Source of the DNA: Microgenomates group bacterium GW2011_GWC1_46_15
Lineage (GTDB): Bacteria; Patescibacteriota; Microgenomatia; UBA1400; UBA12028
NCBI GenBank assembly: GCA_001002285.1
Contig: LCLX01000002.1
Location: forward strand, 67,827-131,826
Direction of reading: 5' to 3'
DNA: 64,000 bases
Below, one piece after another: positions 48,993-59,678 of this stretch. The stretch's first letter is position 1, and every line of letters begins with the position of its first letter. The notes beneath the pieces are model-generated. The model searched no databases and was not told the DNA's origin. It saw only the letters and a list, made by a program, of their open reading frames with translations. The translations under genes and the position numbers were made by a program.

Positions 48993-49940
48993 ATGAACAG
49001 CGTAAATCCTTTTCAGCAGCAGATCGAGGATATTGACCGGCGGATTGAGGAAAACACGCGGCTGAGTTCCGATCCCGAGTTGAGTGCGCTGGCGCTGGAG
49101 GAAATCCATACGCTCGAGGAACAAAAAAAGACGCTAGAGGAAGCGGCAACCTCGATTGAGTCTTCAAAGCAACGCAATGTTGAGACACGTGCAACGTTCA
49201 CAAACTGCACAATCGAAATCCGTTCCGGCGCCGGTGGTGAGGAAGCAAAAATCTGGGGCGATAACTTGGGACGCATGTACACTCGCTACGCCGAGCTTAA
49301 GGGCTGGAAAACGCTCGAAATTGACGACGGCGTGATCAAGATGATTGGAAAAGACGCGTACGAAACGCTTAAATATGAGTCTGGTGTGCATCGCGTCCAG
49401 CGTGTTCCAGAAACCGAAGCGCAGGGCAGGATTCACACTTCAACCGCTTCTATTGTGGTGTTGCCGGAGGTTTCACAAACCGCCGTGGAAATCAAAGACG
49501 ATGACTTGGAATGGCAGTTTACGCGTGCTGGCGGACACGGCGGGCAAAACGTGAATAAAGTCAGTAGCGCGGTGCGGTTGACACACAAGCCCAGCGGTCT
49601 CGTTGTGGAGTCCCGCCGGGAACGGTATCAAGCGCGAAATCGCGATTTGGCATTAGAGATTTTACGCGCGAAACTCTGGGATATTGAAGAGGAAAAACGG
49701 TTGGCACAAACCGGACAGCTGCGGTCTGCGGCAGGCCGCGCGATGCGGGCAGAAAAAATCCGCACGTATAACTATCCACAAAACCGTGTGACCGACCACC
49801 GCATCCACGTGTCCTGGTACAATCTTGAGAATATTCTTGAAGGAAATATGCAGGAAGTTATTGATGCGCTTCACGATCCGAAAAACTGGGAAGACAAAGG
49901 TTGTGCTGAGAGTGCTGGCAACGAACCACAAGATGAGTAA
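48993..49940 (+). CDS. prfA: Peptide chain release factor 1 (short N-domain)
   Basis: [12 protein letters not shown] (PxT), [21 protein letters not shown]. Confidence 0.93.
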   Translation: MNSVNPFQQQIEDIDRRIEENTRLSSDPELSALALEEIHTLEEQKKTLEEAATSIESSKQRNVETRATFTNCTIEIRSGAGGEEAKIWGDNLGRMYTRYAELKGWKTLEIDDGVIKMIGKDAYETLKYESGVHRVQRVPETEAQGRIHTSTASIVVLPEVSQTAVEIKDDDLEWQFTRAGGHGGQNVNKVSSAVRLTHKPSGLVVESRRERYQARNRDLALEILRAKLWDIEEEKRLAQTGQLRSAAGRAMRAEKIRTYNYPQNRVTDHRIHVSWYNLENILEGNMQEVIDALHDPKNWEDKGCAESAGNEPQDE

Positions 49941-49955
49941 TATTTGCGCGTCGCG

Positions 49956-51137
49956 TTAATCCGTTGATTTTTTGAGCGTTGCGGTAATAGTAGATGTTTT
50001 CTTCTCTCTCCAATACTCCAGTGTTACGATATCGCCAATTTTTTTCTGCGAAACGAAGCTTGCAATTGAACCCGTGTTTTCATTCACTGCTTTTCCATCG
50101 AATTTTGTGATGATATCACCCTGCTTGAGTCCAGCCTCTTCCGCAGCACTTCCTGGTATAACTTCGACAACGTACGCTCCTTCTGGCACGTCGTTTAACA
50201 ATGCCGTTTCTTTTGGAATTACTCGATACCGCACGCCAAAAAATGGCCGGTCAAATTGGCCAGTTTTATTGAAGTTATCCAAACTCGCTTTGACCACATT
50301 GATCGGAAGCGCAAACCCAACGTTTTGCGCTGACTCTGCAACCGCCACACTCACTCCAATTACTTCTCCGGAGCTGTTGAGAAGCGGCCCGCCGGAGTTG
50401 CCTGGATTAATCGCCGCATCTGTTTGGATCACATCGTCTAAACGCTCCGCAAAACCACCAAGACCATCGCCAGCGTCAATCCCACGACCTAAACCTGAAA
50501 TCACTCCCGTGGTTACAGTGTGCCGGAACTCACCCAGCGCCGTACCGATCGCGATCACAAACTGGCCAACCTTGAGATTGTCGGAGTTTCCCAAGGTAAG
50601 CGGTCTCAACACGGCATCTACTTTTAATATCGCCAAGTCGTTGACAGGATCGCGGTAAATATTTTTAACTTCGTACTCTTTATCATCTTTGGTAACGATC
50701 TTGTAGCTCGCGGTGGTATCGGCAACGACATGTTTATTCGTCACAATGAGGCCTGATTGATCAATGATAAATCCTGATCCAATGTCTTTTTTAATCGTCT
50801 GTTTTTGCGGTGTTTGCGGAATACCAAACGTACCAAATGGATCCATAAAGAAGGTAGGCTGTTGAACTTGCTGCTTGGTAATCGACACCGTGATTACCGA
50901 ATCAGAAGACTGCTGGGCAACATCAATCACAATGTTTTCTTCCATCACTACTTCCTTCGTTTTTTGGAACGGCGATAATCCGGAGGAACCAAGCCGCGGG
51001 AACAGTATGTCAAGTGGTTTTACTACAAACAACCGGTCGGCAATCGCGCCGCCCAACGCGGAGATGATGATTAACAACACAATACCTACGGTAAAAAAGA
51101 CCTTAAGCTGAGGTTTCGAAAACTTTATTATGGGCAT
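49956..51137 (-). CDS. HtrA/DegP-family serine protease with one PDZ domain
   Basis: GSGFII, TNKHV, DLAILK, TDAAINPGNSGGPL. Confidence 0.95.
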   Translation of the reverse strand: MPIIKFSKPQLKVFFTVGIVLLIIISALGGAIADRLFVVKPLDILFPRLGSSGLSPFQKTKEVVMEENIVIDVAQQSSDSVITVSITKQQVQQPTFFMDPFGTFGIPQTPQKQTIKKDIGSGFIIDQSGLIVTNKHVVADTTASYKIVTKDDKEYEVKNIYRDPVNDLAILKVDAVLRPLTLGNSDNLKVGQFVIAIGTALGEFRHTVTTGVISGLGRGIDAGDGLGGFAERLDDVIQTDAAINPGNSGGPLLNSSGEVIGVSVAVAESAQNVGFALPINVVKASLDNFNKTGQFDRPFFGVRYRVIPKETALLNDVPEGAYVVEVIPGSAAEEAGLKQGDIITKFDGKAVNENTGSIASFVSQKKIGDIVTLEYWREKKTSTITATLKKSTD

Positions 51138-51162
51138 ACCAAAAATTATTTATACCACATCT

Positions 51163-52428
51163 CTACAGCGTGTCCAATGCTTTTTGCAATGCCTCATCCA
51201 CATCTTTTGTGTCTGGGTTATCAACAATCTGAACATCTGGAGCTATGCCTTTTTCATGGATCCATGCGCCCGAGGGAAGCAGCCATTTTGCCACGGTGAT
51301 GTGAAGACCGGCGCCGTCCGGCAGATCATCCTGTGCATCCTGCACCGTCCCCTTCCCAAATGTATTCTCACCAACGAGTTTTGCGCCACGGCGGTCGTGA
51401 AGCGCGCCCGCCACAATCTCGGATGCCGAAGCACTCCCCTTGTTCACCAACAGGACCACCGGCATATTGACAAGTTTTCCCTGTTTATTGACGGTGTACT
51501 CCTGTTTTTCGTTTCTCCCCTGCTGAGTGACCACAACACCGTCACGAATAAACTCGCTGGCAATTGAAATTGCCTCTTGGAGGTACCCTCCAGGATTGTT
51601 GCGCAAATCAAGAACTACACCCGCCACATCAGTTTTGTGCGAAATGATATCGGCTATCACCGCATTCCATTCCGTGTCCGTGCGGTCGCCAAAACGCGAC
51701 AGTGTGATATCGGCAACTTTTTTCTTTCCTTTATCGAGATACTTGAGCTCGACCGATGGTATGGTGATGGTGTCGCGGGCCAACTCTTTTTCTTCTGGTT
51801 TTCCATCCTCGCGGAGCATTGTTAAGATTACTTTCGTTCCTTTCACACCGCGGATAAGGTCAACCGCCTCTGGAAGTGAAATTCCAGTTGTATCGCGGTC
51901 TACATTTTTTTGCGTATCTTTGATCCGTATAATGTAGTCGCCAGCACGAATATCTGCTTTTTCTGCGGGATGATTTTTAAGCGGCGCCACAACCACTAAT
52001 ATGTCATTCTTGAAACCCAGCTGAATACCAACGCCATCAAACGCTCCCTGTAAATCCTCAGCGCTCCGCTTTTGTTCTTCGGGCGGAAGATACACAGTAT
52101 ATGGATCACCTAGCGCCGCGGTCATGCCTTGAATTGCGCCGTACACCATTTTTTTGGCATCAAGTTTTTCGGGATCAACGTATGACTGCTCCAACCGCCT
52201 CCATACAACCCAAAACTGTGAGAAATCAACTTTTGAACTGTAGTCCGTTGGAACACTGGTGTTCACAATCCGCGAAATCTGCGGAACTGACTCAATAACG
52301 GTTGAAATGAGCGGGATTTTAACACCACGGCCAAGTTTGAAACCCAAAACTCCGCCAAGTACAATTAATAATGCACCTATAATGAACGACCGGACGTGCT
52401 GGAATTTTTGCTTTGGGACGAGGACCAT
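51163..52428 (-). CDS. S41 C-terminal processing protease (CtpA)
   Basis: LGDPYT, GVGIQL, DLRNNPGG, SASASEI, TFGKGTVQ. Confidence 0.95.
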   Translation of the reverse strand: MVLVPKQKFQHVRSFIIGALLIVLGGVLGFKLGRGVKIPLISTVIESVPQISRIVNTSVPTDYSSKVDFSQFWVVWRRLEQSYVDPEKLDAKKMVYGAIQGMTAALGDPYTVYLPPEEQKRSAEDLQGAFDGVGIQLGFKNDILVVVAPLKNHPAEKADIRAGDYIIRIKDTQKNVDRDTTGISLPEAVDLIRGVKGTKVILTMLREDGKPEEKELARDTITIPSVELKYLDKGKKKVADITLSRFGDRTDTEWNAVIADIISHKTDVAGVVLDLRNNPGGYLQEAISIASEFIRDGVVVTQQGRNEKQEYTVNKQGKLVNMPVVLLVNKGSASASEIVAGALHDRRGAKLVGENTFGKGTVQDAQDDLPDGAGLHITVAKWLLPSGAWIHEKGIAPDVQIVDNPDTKDVDEALQKALDTL

Positions 52429-52441
52429 GTCCTTTAGTGTA

Positions 52442-52669
52442 CTACAGCGTTGCAACGAATGGCAATAAAGCAACATGGCGTGCGCGTTTGATTTGTCTCT
52501 CGAGAATGCGCTGTTGTTTTGCTGTTAATCCCGTGCGTTCGCGGTCCATGATTTGACCGCTTTCGGTCATAAACCTGTGCAAAAGATCAACATCTTTATA
52601 GTTGAAGACAAGGCTTTCTGCTTGCTTCTTGGACTCGATCACGGGTTTCATTGGTTTAATAAATGGCAT
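52442..52669 (-). CDS. rpsR: 30S ribosomal protein S18
   Basis: [31 protein letters not shown]. Confidence 0.95.
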   Translation of the reverse strand: MPFIKPMKPVIESKKQAESLVFNYKDVDLLHRFMTESGQIMDRERTGLTAKQQRILERQIKRARHVALLPFVATL

Positions 52670-52694
52670 ACTGTTTTCCTTTCAAGAATATATG

Positions 52695-53246
52695 TTAAAA
52701 CGGAATATCGTCACTAATATCTTCAGCGACTACCGGCTCGCTTTCTTTTACAGTGTCTTCACTCGCACCTTTTTTCTTGCGTTTTGATTTCGACGCTGGA
52801 GCAGCTGGCGCTGCTTGCGTGGCATCTGCTGACTTGGTATCTGCTTTATCGTTGGACGGATACGCGTATGACGATGTGTCTCCCGCATCTCCCGCAGCAG
52901 CGCCTTTGTTGCTGTCCAAGAGAATCATGTTGTCCATGACGATCTCTGTGACGTTGCGCTTCTGGCCGTCCTGGCCTGTCCACTCGCGTGTTTGAAGACG
53001 GCCTTCAACGTAGACCTTGCGGCCTTTTTTCAAGAGCTGTCCACAAATCTCGGCAAGTTTTGACCATGCGACGAGGCGGTGAAACTCCGTTTCTTCGTTC
53101 CGCTCTCCCCCTTCACCTGAAGTCCATGAACGGTTGGTTGCGAGCCCAATTGTGCAGACCGCTGTACCCTGTGGTGTGTACCGCAACTCAGGATCTCGTG
53201 TGAGATTTCCGATGAGCAGAACCTTGTTTAATGAACGTGATGACAT
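52695..53246 (-). CDS. ssb: Single-stranded DNA-binding protein
   Basis: LNKVLLIGNLTRDPE, VEGRLQTR, C-terminal DDIPF. Confidence 0.97.
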   Translation of the reverse strand: MSSRSLNKVLLIGNLTRDPELRYTPQGTAVCTIGLATNRSWTSGEGGERNEETEFHRLVAWSKLAEICGQLLKKGRKVYVEGRLQTREWTGQDGQKRNVTEIVMDNMILLDSNKGAAAGDAGDTSSYAYPSNDKADTKSADATQAAPAAPASKSKRKKKGASEDTVKESEPVVAEDISDDIPF

Positions 53247-53267
53247 ACTACCTTTCCGGGGTCAGGA

Positions 53268-53564
53268 CTACGCCTGTTCCTCCGCTATAATGAATACATG
53301 GCGGATGACTCCATCCGTCTGCAGAACATCGCGTTCGGCAGCTTGTGCCTTCGCGGTATCCAGCGAAAAGTAGTACACACTGTAGACCGCATCGGTAAAT
53401 TTCTTGATTTTGTATGCCATCGACCTACGGCCCCAGACATCAATTTTAGAAACTTTTCCCTCTGCGGAGGTAATAATTTTGGAAACTTTGTCTTGCAGTT
53501 TTTGCAAGGCATCAGAGGTGAGTTCAGGAGAGAACAACACCATCAACTCATAGTTCTTTATCAT
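53268..53564 (-). CDS. rpsF: 30S ribosomal protein S6
   Basis: YELMVLFSP, WGRRSMAYKIKK, VIRH. Confidence 0.95.
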   Translation of the reverse strand: MIKNYELMVLFSPELTSDALQKLQDKVSKIITSAEGKVSKIDVWGRRSMAYKIKKFTDAVYSVYYFSLDTAKAQAAERDVLQTDGVIRHVFIIAEEQA

Positions 53565-53640
53565 GTACAGTCCTTTCTAGCTCGTAGGTATTGGATCCTT
53601 ACTGGTCCTCCAGAAGGACGAGCTACGTTTTGTGTACAGC
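53565..53640 (-). promoter_or_regulatory. Structured rpsF leader (candidate S6:S18 autoregulatory RNA)
   Basis: TAGCTCGT/ACGAGCTA stem enclosing CCTTCTGG-agga-CCAGTAAGG, directly before SD GAAAGGA; -10 TACAAT at 53645-53650. Confidence 0.5.
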
Positions 53641-53781
53641 GCGCATTGTACCAAAACTTTTCCTCTGGGGCAACAACAGAATGTGTACTACTTGTCTTAT
53701 AGTACATGCGCGACCTTACAAAGACCTTACGAAAATGAAATTGGTCTGTACTTGGCAGATGTGCGCTGAGGTTGAATGGCT

Positions 53782-54879
53782 TTAGCTTCCAATCAAAAAC
53801 TCCACCACATCGCCATCCTGCATGATGTACTCTTTCCCCTCTTGCTTGAGCTTGCCTTGTTCGCGCACACCTTTCCATCCACCACAAGAAATAAAATCAT
53901 CAAGCGACGCGATGTTTGCTTTAATAAACTTTTTCATAAAGTCCGTGTGGATCTCGCCTGCCGCCTCAACTGAGGTTGCACCAATACGGACCGTCCACGC
54001 CCGCACCTCTTTTTCGCCGGCGGTTAAAAAGGACTGTAAACCAAGCGTGTGGTATGCTGAACGGATAAGTCGCTCCAATCCACTTTCTGTAATCCCGAGT
54101 TCTTGTAAGTATGTTTTTTGTTCATCTTCCGACAACGCCGCCACTTCACTCTCCAGTTTCGCCGAGATCACGACGCACAACTCGGGATCAACGCCAAGTT
54201 TTTCACCAAACGTTTTCTGCAACTCTAGCGCGCGTGACGCATCCCCCTCATCAATGTTGCACAAAAACAACGCTTTTTTCGCGGTCAACAATCCCAACTC
54301 CTTACCGACTTCCCGCTCTTCATCGGAAGACAAAATCTCGCGCGCAGAAATGCCACTGTTCAACCCGTACTTGAGTTTTTCAACCACTTCCCACCGCAAC
54401 TTTGTTAATGCATCAGTGACACCTTTTGGCTCTTTTTGCTTTTCAATCGTGGCGTAATCAACAAGCTGGAGTTCAGTTTCAACCACGCGGAAATCACTCA
54501 AAAGATCGGTTGCGCCAGCACGGATAATATTTTCATCAGAAAACGCGCGGAGCACATGCACAATCACCGCAACTTCGCGGATGTGTGAGAGAAATTTATT
54601 TCCTAAGCCCTCGCCCTTGGACGCGCCTGCCACTAAGCCAGCGATGTCCACAAACTCAACCGTCGCGGGAACTTTTGGGGGCAACACACCAGACTCTTTT
54701 TGAATAACCTCGGCAAGTTTGTCTAAGCGCGCATCTGGAACAGGCACAATTCCAATATTAGGTTCGATCGTTGCAAACGGATAGTTTGCAGCAAGCGCCG
54801 CCTGCTTTTTGAGAAGCGCGTTAAATAACGTGGACTTACCCACGTTTGGAAGACCGACTATACCTACAGAAAGATTCAT
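53782..54879 (-). CDS. ychF: Redox-regulated ATPase YchF
   Basis: GIVGLPNVGKST, NYPFATIEPN, DIAGLV, EVRAWT, EGKEYIMQDGD. Confidence 0.96.
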   Translation of the reverse strand: MNLSVGIVGLPNVGKSTLFNALLKKQAALAANYPFATIEPNIGIVPVPDARLDKLAEVIQKESGVLPPKVPATVEFVDIAGLVAGASKGEGLGNKFLSHIREVAVIVHVLRAFSDENIIRAGATDLLSDFRVVETELQLVDYATIEKQKEPKGVTDALTKLRWEVVEKLKYGLNSGISAREILSSDEEREVGKELGLLTAKKALFLCNIDEGDASRALELQKTFGEKLGVDPELCVVISAKLESEVAALSEDEQKTYLQELGITESGLERLIRSAYHTLGLQSFLTAGEKEVRAWTVRIGATSVEAAGEIHTDFMKKFIKANIASLDDFISCGGWKGVREQGKLKQEGKEYIMQDGDVVEFLIGS

Positions 54880-54940
54880 GAGGGTATTCTAATTCAAAGA
54901 CTTAAAAATAGCCAAAACCAAGTGTACGATATACATAGGA

Positions 54941-55423
54941 ATGATACACAAAGATTATCTCAGAAGCAGTGTCTTCGGATTCGAAGACGCTCTGGTCTCT
55001 ACGACTGGAGTGGTCATTGGCATTTCAACTGGAACTTCAAACATAAAGTTTATTGTCCTCGCGAGCCTTGTCACCATCGCCGTTGAGGCTGTTTCTATGG
55101 GTGCTGGACAATTTTTGAGCGAACGGACTTTGCACGAAGCTGATAAGAGAAAGCATCGCGACAGTCTTCTCATGGGTTCGGTGATCATGTTCTTTTCCTA
55201 TTTTTTCGGTGGCCTCATTCCCATTTTTCCTATTTTCCTTCTCCCCCTTCCTCTAGCAATTTTTCCCATTCTCTTCCTCGCTTTCTTGAGCCTCTTTATC
55301 TTAGGGTATGTGAAAGGATTAATCGTAGAAATTTCTCCGACACGAAGTGCTTTAGAAATGCTTTTCGTTGGAGGCCTCGCCACAATCATAGGTGTCATCG
55401 CAGGATACTTTTTAAGAGTGTAA
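54941..55423 (+). CDS. VIT1/CCC1 family Fe/Mn transporter
   Basis: LRSSVFGFEDAL, SMGAGQFLSE, GGLIP. Confidence 0.88.
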   Translation: MIHKDYLRSSVFGFEDALVSTTGVVIGISTGTSNIKFIVLASLVTIAVEAVSMGAGQFLSERTLHEADKRKHRDSLLMGSVIMFFSYFFGGLIPIFPIFLLPLPLAIFPILFLAFLSLFILGYVKGLIVEISPTRSALEMLFVGGLATIIGVIAGYFLRV

Positions 55424-55478
55424 AGGTTCTCGTTCAATAATTTTTACGTGAAGAAAAATCATGGTATATACTGTGTGT

Positions 55479-55811
55479 ATGGAGATATTTCGTAAAAAGC
55501 ACATCTCTCTCCCTCTCCTCGGATTTCTTCAGGCACTCGGGGTAACAACGTACTGTTCGCTTGTCGGCCTTTTCATGACTCACGCAAACAAGTGGTTTCC
55601 AACGCCGCAAGTGTTTCTTGGTCCCGCCACATTTCTTCTGCTTTTTATTGTTTCCGCGCTCATCACCGCACTCATTGTGTTCTACAAACCCTATCTTCTC
55701 TTTTTCGAGAAAAAACAAAAAACTCAAGCGCTCCGGCTTGTCATGTATACAACAGCGTGGATTGCAATATTTTTCTTTCTTTTCCTTATTGGAGTTGCTC
55801 TATTGAGGTAA
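55479..55811 (+). CDS. Small three-TM membrane protein
   Basis: Hydrophobic ORF; -10 TATACT 6 nt before ATG. Confidence 0.7.
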   Translation: MEIFRKKHISLPLLGFLQALGVTTYCSLVGLFMTHANKWFPTPQVFLGPATFLLLFIVSALITALIVFYKPYLLFFEKKQKTQALRLVMYTTAWIAIFFFLFLIGVALLR

Positions 55812-55815
55812 ACAT

Positions 55816-56118
55816 ATGCCTAAAATCATTCTCATCCTTCTTGTTATTCTCACCATTACTGGATACATCCGCGTACCGTTCACACATATATCGTTATTCA
55901 CGATTGCCGGACGCACGGTTACGCTCAACGATGTGCTGATTTTTGCGGTGGTCATGTGGTTAATTGATATTCTCCCATCACCACTCCGTGAGATTGCAAT
56001 TGTTGCGCTGTTGGTGTGGATCTTGGCGACGCTCGGCGTGATCGTGATCGCGGGACTTCAACAGATCGTCCTTATCGCGCTCATTGTGGGACTGATCGCG
56101 TATCTTTTCAAAAAATAA
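55816..56118 (+). CDS. Small membrane protein
   Basis: Highly hydrophobic 100 aa; SD GAGG. Confidence 0.7.
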   Translation: MPKIILILLVILTITGYIRVPFTHISLFTIAGRTVTLNDVLIFAVVMWLIDILPSPLREIAIVALLVWILATLGVIVIAGLQQIVLIALIVGLIAYLFKK

Positions 56119-56149
56119 CAGTCTTGTGTTGGATTATTGAATCGCTGAA

Positions 56150-57709
56150 CTAATGTGTGTTCTGTGTTTCCGCACCCAACGCCGTTTTCTGACGGATCGG
56201 CGACGGATTGAGCGCGTGGTACTCTTCCAGCGTCTGCACCGCGCGGAACACAAACGACAAAATAATATCTTCCGTTAGGTTAAACACGTTGAATGGAATG
56301 GTTGGAACACCATAGGGTAAGTACGTCATGTCTGCTGAGTCTGTTTCGCCCTCTACAAACGAAGGCAAGTTGAATGGCAGCATCTTTCCATCTAAGTACT
56401 TTGTGCGCGCGGAAGCTTCTCCACCGTATGGCTTGAAAAACTTCCCTGCCGGATCCACACAGTACAACATCCCACCGGGTGACTCGATCGTCCCGCCGCC
56501 AACGATGCGCGAGACGCCAATTCCCGTTGCACCCAATGCCAGGGTGGTCGCGATGTGGTCACTCGCTCCGCCTTCGACAATAATGGGCAAAGAAACTTCT
56601 CCGCGAAGCTTCCATACGAGCTCTGGCCAGTCAATGACCGAACCGCTGCGTACGCCGGTAATGCACCGCCCTCCTCCACCAATGCCAACGTAAAATCCAT
56701 CCACCCCCGCTGCTTCCAGTGCTTTCGCCTGTTCTACATCAACAATTTGGCCTGCAAAAATTTCGACATTACCATCATAGATTTTCCGTAGTTGCTGGAC
56801 GGTGTGTAATGCACCAAGTCCGGGTTCCGGCGAGTACACGCGGAACACGCGGATGCCGGCCTCATACAACGCCTGCGCGCGCTGGAGCGCTTTTTTGGGC
56901 TCGGTTTCCAGAACACCCATGAGGTTGTGTCTCCATTGATCCAATAAGAAACGTTTGTCCTCAGTACTGCGTCCAATCAATACTTCACTCTCTTTGAGCG
57001 CGTTTAACGTTTCGCGCACAAGGTCCGCTTGGCGTTTGACCGAAGAAAACGGCCCATTGCGTGGAACACCGACTAAACAGTGGCACTGTGCCATGGTTGA
57101 GAGCGCGGAAACACTCCCGTAAATATCCGGCATCGCGGAACCCACTAAAATAGACCGGGCCCGGCGGCCGAGTTTTACAAACGGCCCGTGTAAAAATCGT
57201 TCGGTGCGGGAAACACGCTGGCGGTCGGCGCCAACAACCGAAACACCTAAGTCAGCAATAGACGCCGCCAAACCACGCCTGATCATTGCGTCCATAACGT
57301 CACTAGAAATTTTTGGCGCAGGAACAAATGTGCTTTTCTGCACTTTTTTAAGTTCGATTAATCGTTGGGGGTGGTTAAATAGCTCCAAGAAATATTGACG
57401 CACGCGCAAAATGTGCACCATCTCCTCCGGTTCAATCATTGCTTTACGGACACATGGCAAAAAGTCGAATGGGGTTGTAAGCATACCCTGGCTTGGGTAT
57501 GCGTTTGTGCTTTCGCGGCTTTCAACATACCAAAACCGCAGATATGAAGAAGCGTCGCGTTCAAATGGGGCTAATTTTTCTTGAATGAACGTTTCCCACA
57601 TGCCGGCGTCGCGGAACGTGTCGAACTTGGGCAAAGGCTGATTACTGCGTGTACGTCGTACCACGGGGCGGTTCGTTGCACGGCGGCGCGTTTTGCGTTT
57701 AGTTTTCAT
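56150..57709 (-). CDS. Divergent IMPDH/GMP-reductase-family TIM barrel protein with N-terminal extension
   Basis: VGSAMPD, AGQIVD, VGIGGGGRCIT, PIIVEGG, LALGA, YGGEAS, VEGE; ATGA-coupled to cysS. Confidence 0.7.
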   Translation of the reverse strand: MKTKRKTRRRATNRPVVRRTRSNQPLPKFDTFRDAGMWETFIQEKLAPFERDASSYLRFWYVESRESTNAYPSQGMLTTPFDFLPCVRKAMIEPEEMVHILRVRQYFLELFNHPQRLIELKKVQKSTFVPAPKISSDVMDAMIRRGLAASIADLGVSVVGADRQRVSRTERFLHGPFVKLGRRARSILVGSAMPDIYGSVSALSTMAQCHCLVGVPRNGPFSSVKRQADLVRETLNALKESEVLIGRSTEDKRFLLDQWRHNLMGVLETEPKKALQRAQALYEAGIRVFRVYSPEPGLGALHTVQQLRKIYDGNVEIFAGQIVDVEQAKALEAAGVDGFYVGIGGGGRCITGVRSGSVIDWPELVWKLRGEVSLPIIVEGGASDHIATTLALGATGIGVSRIVGGGTIESPGGMLYCVDPAGKFFKPYGGEASARTKYLDGKMLPFNLPSFVEGETDSADMTYLPYGVPTIPFNVFNLTEDIILSFVFRAVQTLEEYHALNPSPIRQKTALGAETQNTH

Positions 57710-59136
57710 GCGGGGGCAGCGACAACAGTATACGTGCCGTCGGGGTTGTCTACAATATGCCAACCTGCTGATTCTAGTTGCGTGCGTACGGCATCCGATT
57801 CTGAAAACTTTTTTGCATCGCGCAAAGCTTTGCGTTGCTCGGCAAGTTCAGTAATATTTTTTGGAACTGATTGAACTGGTTGAGTTTCACGCTTTGTAAC
57901 GTGTTGCGCTATCTGCAAACCAAGGATTTCATCAAACTCAACCAGAAGATCATACTTGTCTTGGCCAGGAATGTTGCTTTTCGTTACTTCCCACATGATC
58001 GAAAGCGCCTCTGGCGTGTGAAGATCGTTTTCAAGATGGTCGTAAAACTGGTGACGGTATTCTTCAATTTTTTGCAGTTTCTCTTGAGATAGCGCGGTGC
58101 GTTCTTTTTCTTTTTTGAAGGTTGTGGCCAAAGCGATCAACCGGTCATACGCAACCTGCGATGCTTTTAAGTTGTCCCATGTGAAGTTCAACTCACTGCG
58201 ATAGTGTGAACCTAAAAATAACAAGCGCAGGGCCATTGGTGAAAACCCACGCTTCACAATTTCGTCAATCGAGTACACATTTCCCAATGACTTACTCATT
58301 TTTCCGTCTTCAACGCGCAAGAAGTTATGGTGAACCCAGTACTTCACGAACGGAACTTTACCAGTCGCCGCTTCACTTTGTGCAATTTCGTTGGTGTGGT
58401 GCACCGGAATATGGTCAATGCCACCGGTGTGCAGATCAAACTGATCACCTAAGTACTTCATACTCATCGCGGAACACTCAATGTGCCACCCAGGAAAACC
58501 CTTGCCCCACGGCGAATCCCACTCCATCTGCCGTTTTTGATCTTTCGGCGAGAACTTCCAAAGCGCAAAGTCGGTGGGGTGTTTTTTCCCAGCAACCATG
58601 TCCACGCGCGCGCCAGCTTTGATGTGTTCGAGATCGAGGTGCGCGAGTTTGCCATAGTCCGATAACTTCGATGTGTCAAAATACACACCGTCATCAATGA
58701 CATAGACAAAACCGTTTTTTTCTAAGCGTTGAATAAGTGCGATTTGTTCCGGAATATGGTCGGTTGCGCGACATGAAATATCGGGCTTGCCAACTCCCAT
58801 CAAATCCATACTTTTCCAGTAATGATTTTCAAACTCCTTGGCAATCTCCCACACCGTTTTGTTGTACTTGCGCGCGCCCTTCTCCATCTTGTCTTCGCCT
58901 TCATCAGCATCGGAAACAAGGTGGCCAACATCGGTGATATTCTGCACCTGCTTCACGGAAAAACCGGCGTGTTTTAATGCGCGGATCAGCACATCATCCA
59001 TGACATACCGCCGTAAATGGCCAAGGTGAATGTAGTCGTAGACCGTAGGACCGCAGGCGTACATGCCAAGGTTGCCAGGCTGAAATGGAACAATGTCTTC
59101 GACTGATCGTGAAAGCGTGTTGTAGAGTTTCATCAT
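57706..59136 (-). CDS. cysS: Cysteinyl-tRNA synthetase
   Basis: [33 protein letters not shown]. Confidence 0.97.
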   Translation of the reverse strand: MMKLYNTLSRSVEDIVPFQPGNLGMYACGPTVYDYIHLGHLRRYVMDDVLIRALKHAGFSVKQVQNITDVGHLVSDADEGEDKMEKGARKYNKTVWEIAKEFENHYWKSMDLMGVGKPDISCRATDHIPEQIALIQRLEKNGFVYVIDDGVYFDTSKLSDYGKLAHLDLEHIKAGARVDMVAGKKHPTDFALWKFSPKDQKRQMEWDSPWGKGFPGWHIECSAMSMKYLGDQFDLHTGGIDHIPVHHTNEIAQSEAATGKVPFVKYWVHHNFLRVEDGKMSKSLGNVYSIDEIVKRGFSPMALRLLFLGSHYRSELNFTWDNLKASQVAYDRLIALATTFKKEKERTALSQEKLQKIEEYRHQFYDHLENDLHTPEALSIMWEVTKSNIPGQDKYDLLVEFDEILGLQIAQHVTKRETQPVQSVPKNITELAEQRKALRDAKKFSESDAVRTQLESAGWHIVDNPDGTYTVVAAPA

Positions 59137-59148
59137 GTGTTAGGCAGA

Positions 59149-59643
59149 CTACCCTGCGCCAAGGTTGCGTGATTTTTCTGCATTCGCAGCATCTTGTGCC
59201 ATCTTTACTTGTAGATTTTCGTGCTTTTGTTTTTCTAGCTGTTTGATCTCGAACTTTTCCTGTTCTTTTTCCTGTTGTTTTTCGACTTTCTTCTCTTGTT
59301 CTTCCTGGGCCTTGCCTTGCGCGTAAAACTGCTGTTCGTCGGCCATGAGTTCGCGGTGCCGTTTTAACTTCGCGGTGGTTGCGGCTTGATCTTCCTGTAG
59401 TTTTTGTTGAATCAGCGCTTTTTGCGCGGGATCATCCGCTGCTGTCATCGCTTTTTCGGCATTTTTCTGCGCTTCGTTTTTTTCGCCACCTTGTGCCGTA
59501 TCTAACGGAGGTTTCCCACCCAGAATTTCCTCAAGAATATCGAGTGGTGTTTTTGCAACGGCCTTCGCGGTATCCACTGCTACACCGCTCAATGCGCCGC
59601 CTACATCTGAAGCAATTTGTGTAACATCATCACCGAGTCCCAT
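59149..59643 (-). CDS. Hypothetical Q/E/K-rich coiled-coil protein
   Basis: 164-aa ORF; -10 TATCCT 6 nt upstream. Confidence 0.7.
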   Translation of the reverse strand: MGLGDDVTQIASDVGGALSGVAVDTAKAVAKTPLDILEEILGGKPPLDTAQGGEKNEAQKNAEKAMTAADDPAQKALIQQKLQEDQAATTAKLKRHRELMADEQQFYAQGKAQEEQEKKVEKQQEKEQEKFEIKQLEKQKHENLQVKMAQDAANAEKSRNLGAG

Positions 59644-59678
59644 GGTTTAAGGATAGCAGAGAGACAAGGAGAAGTGAA

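Noticed and set aside
53672-53730. TGTACTA-N9-TAGTACA palindrome and GACCTTAC duplication between ychF and rpsF
   Set aside because: Short, single occurrence with no identifiable regulator; too weak to call.
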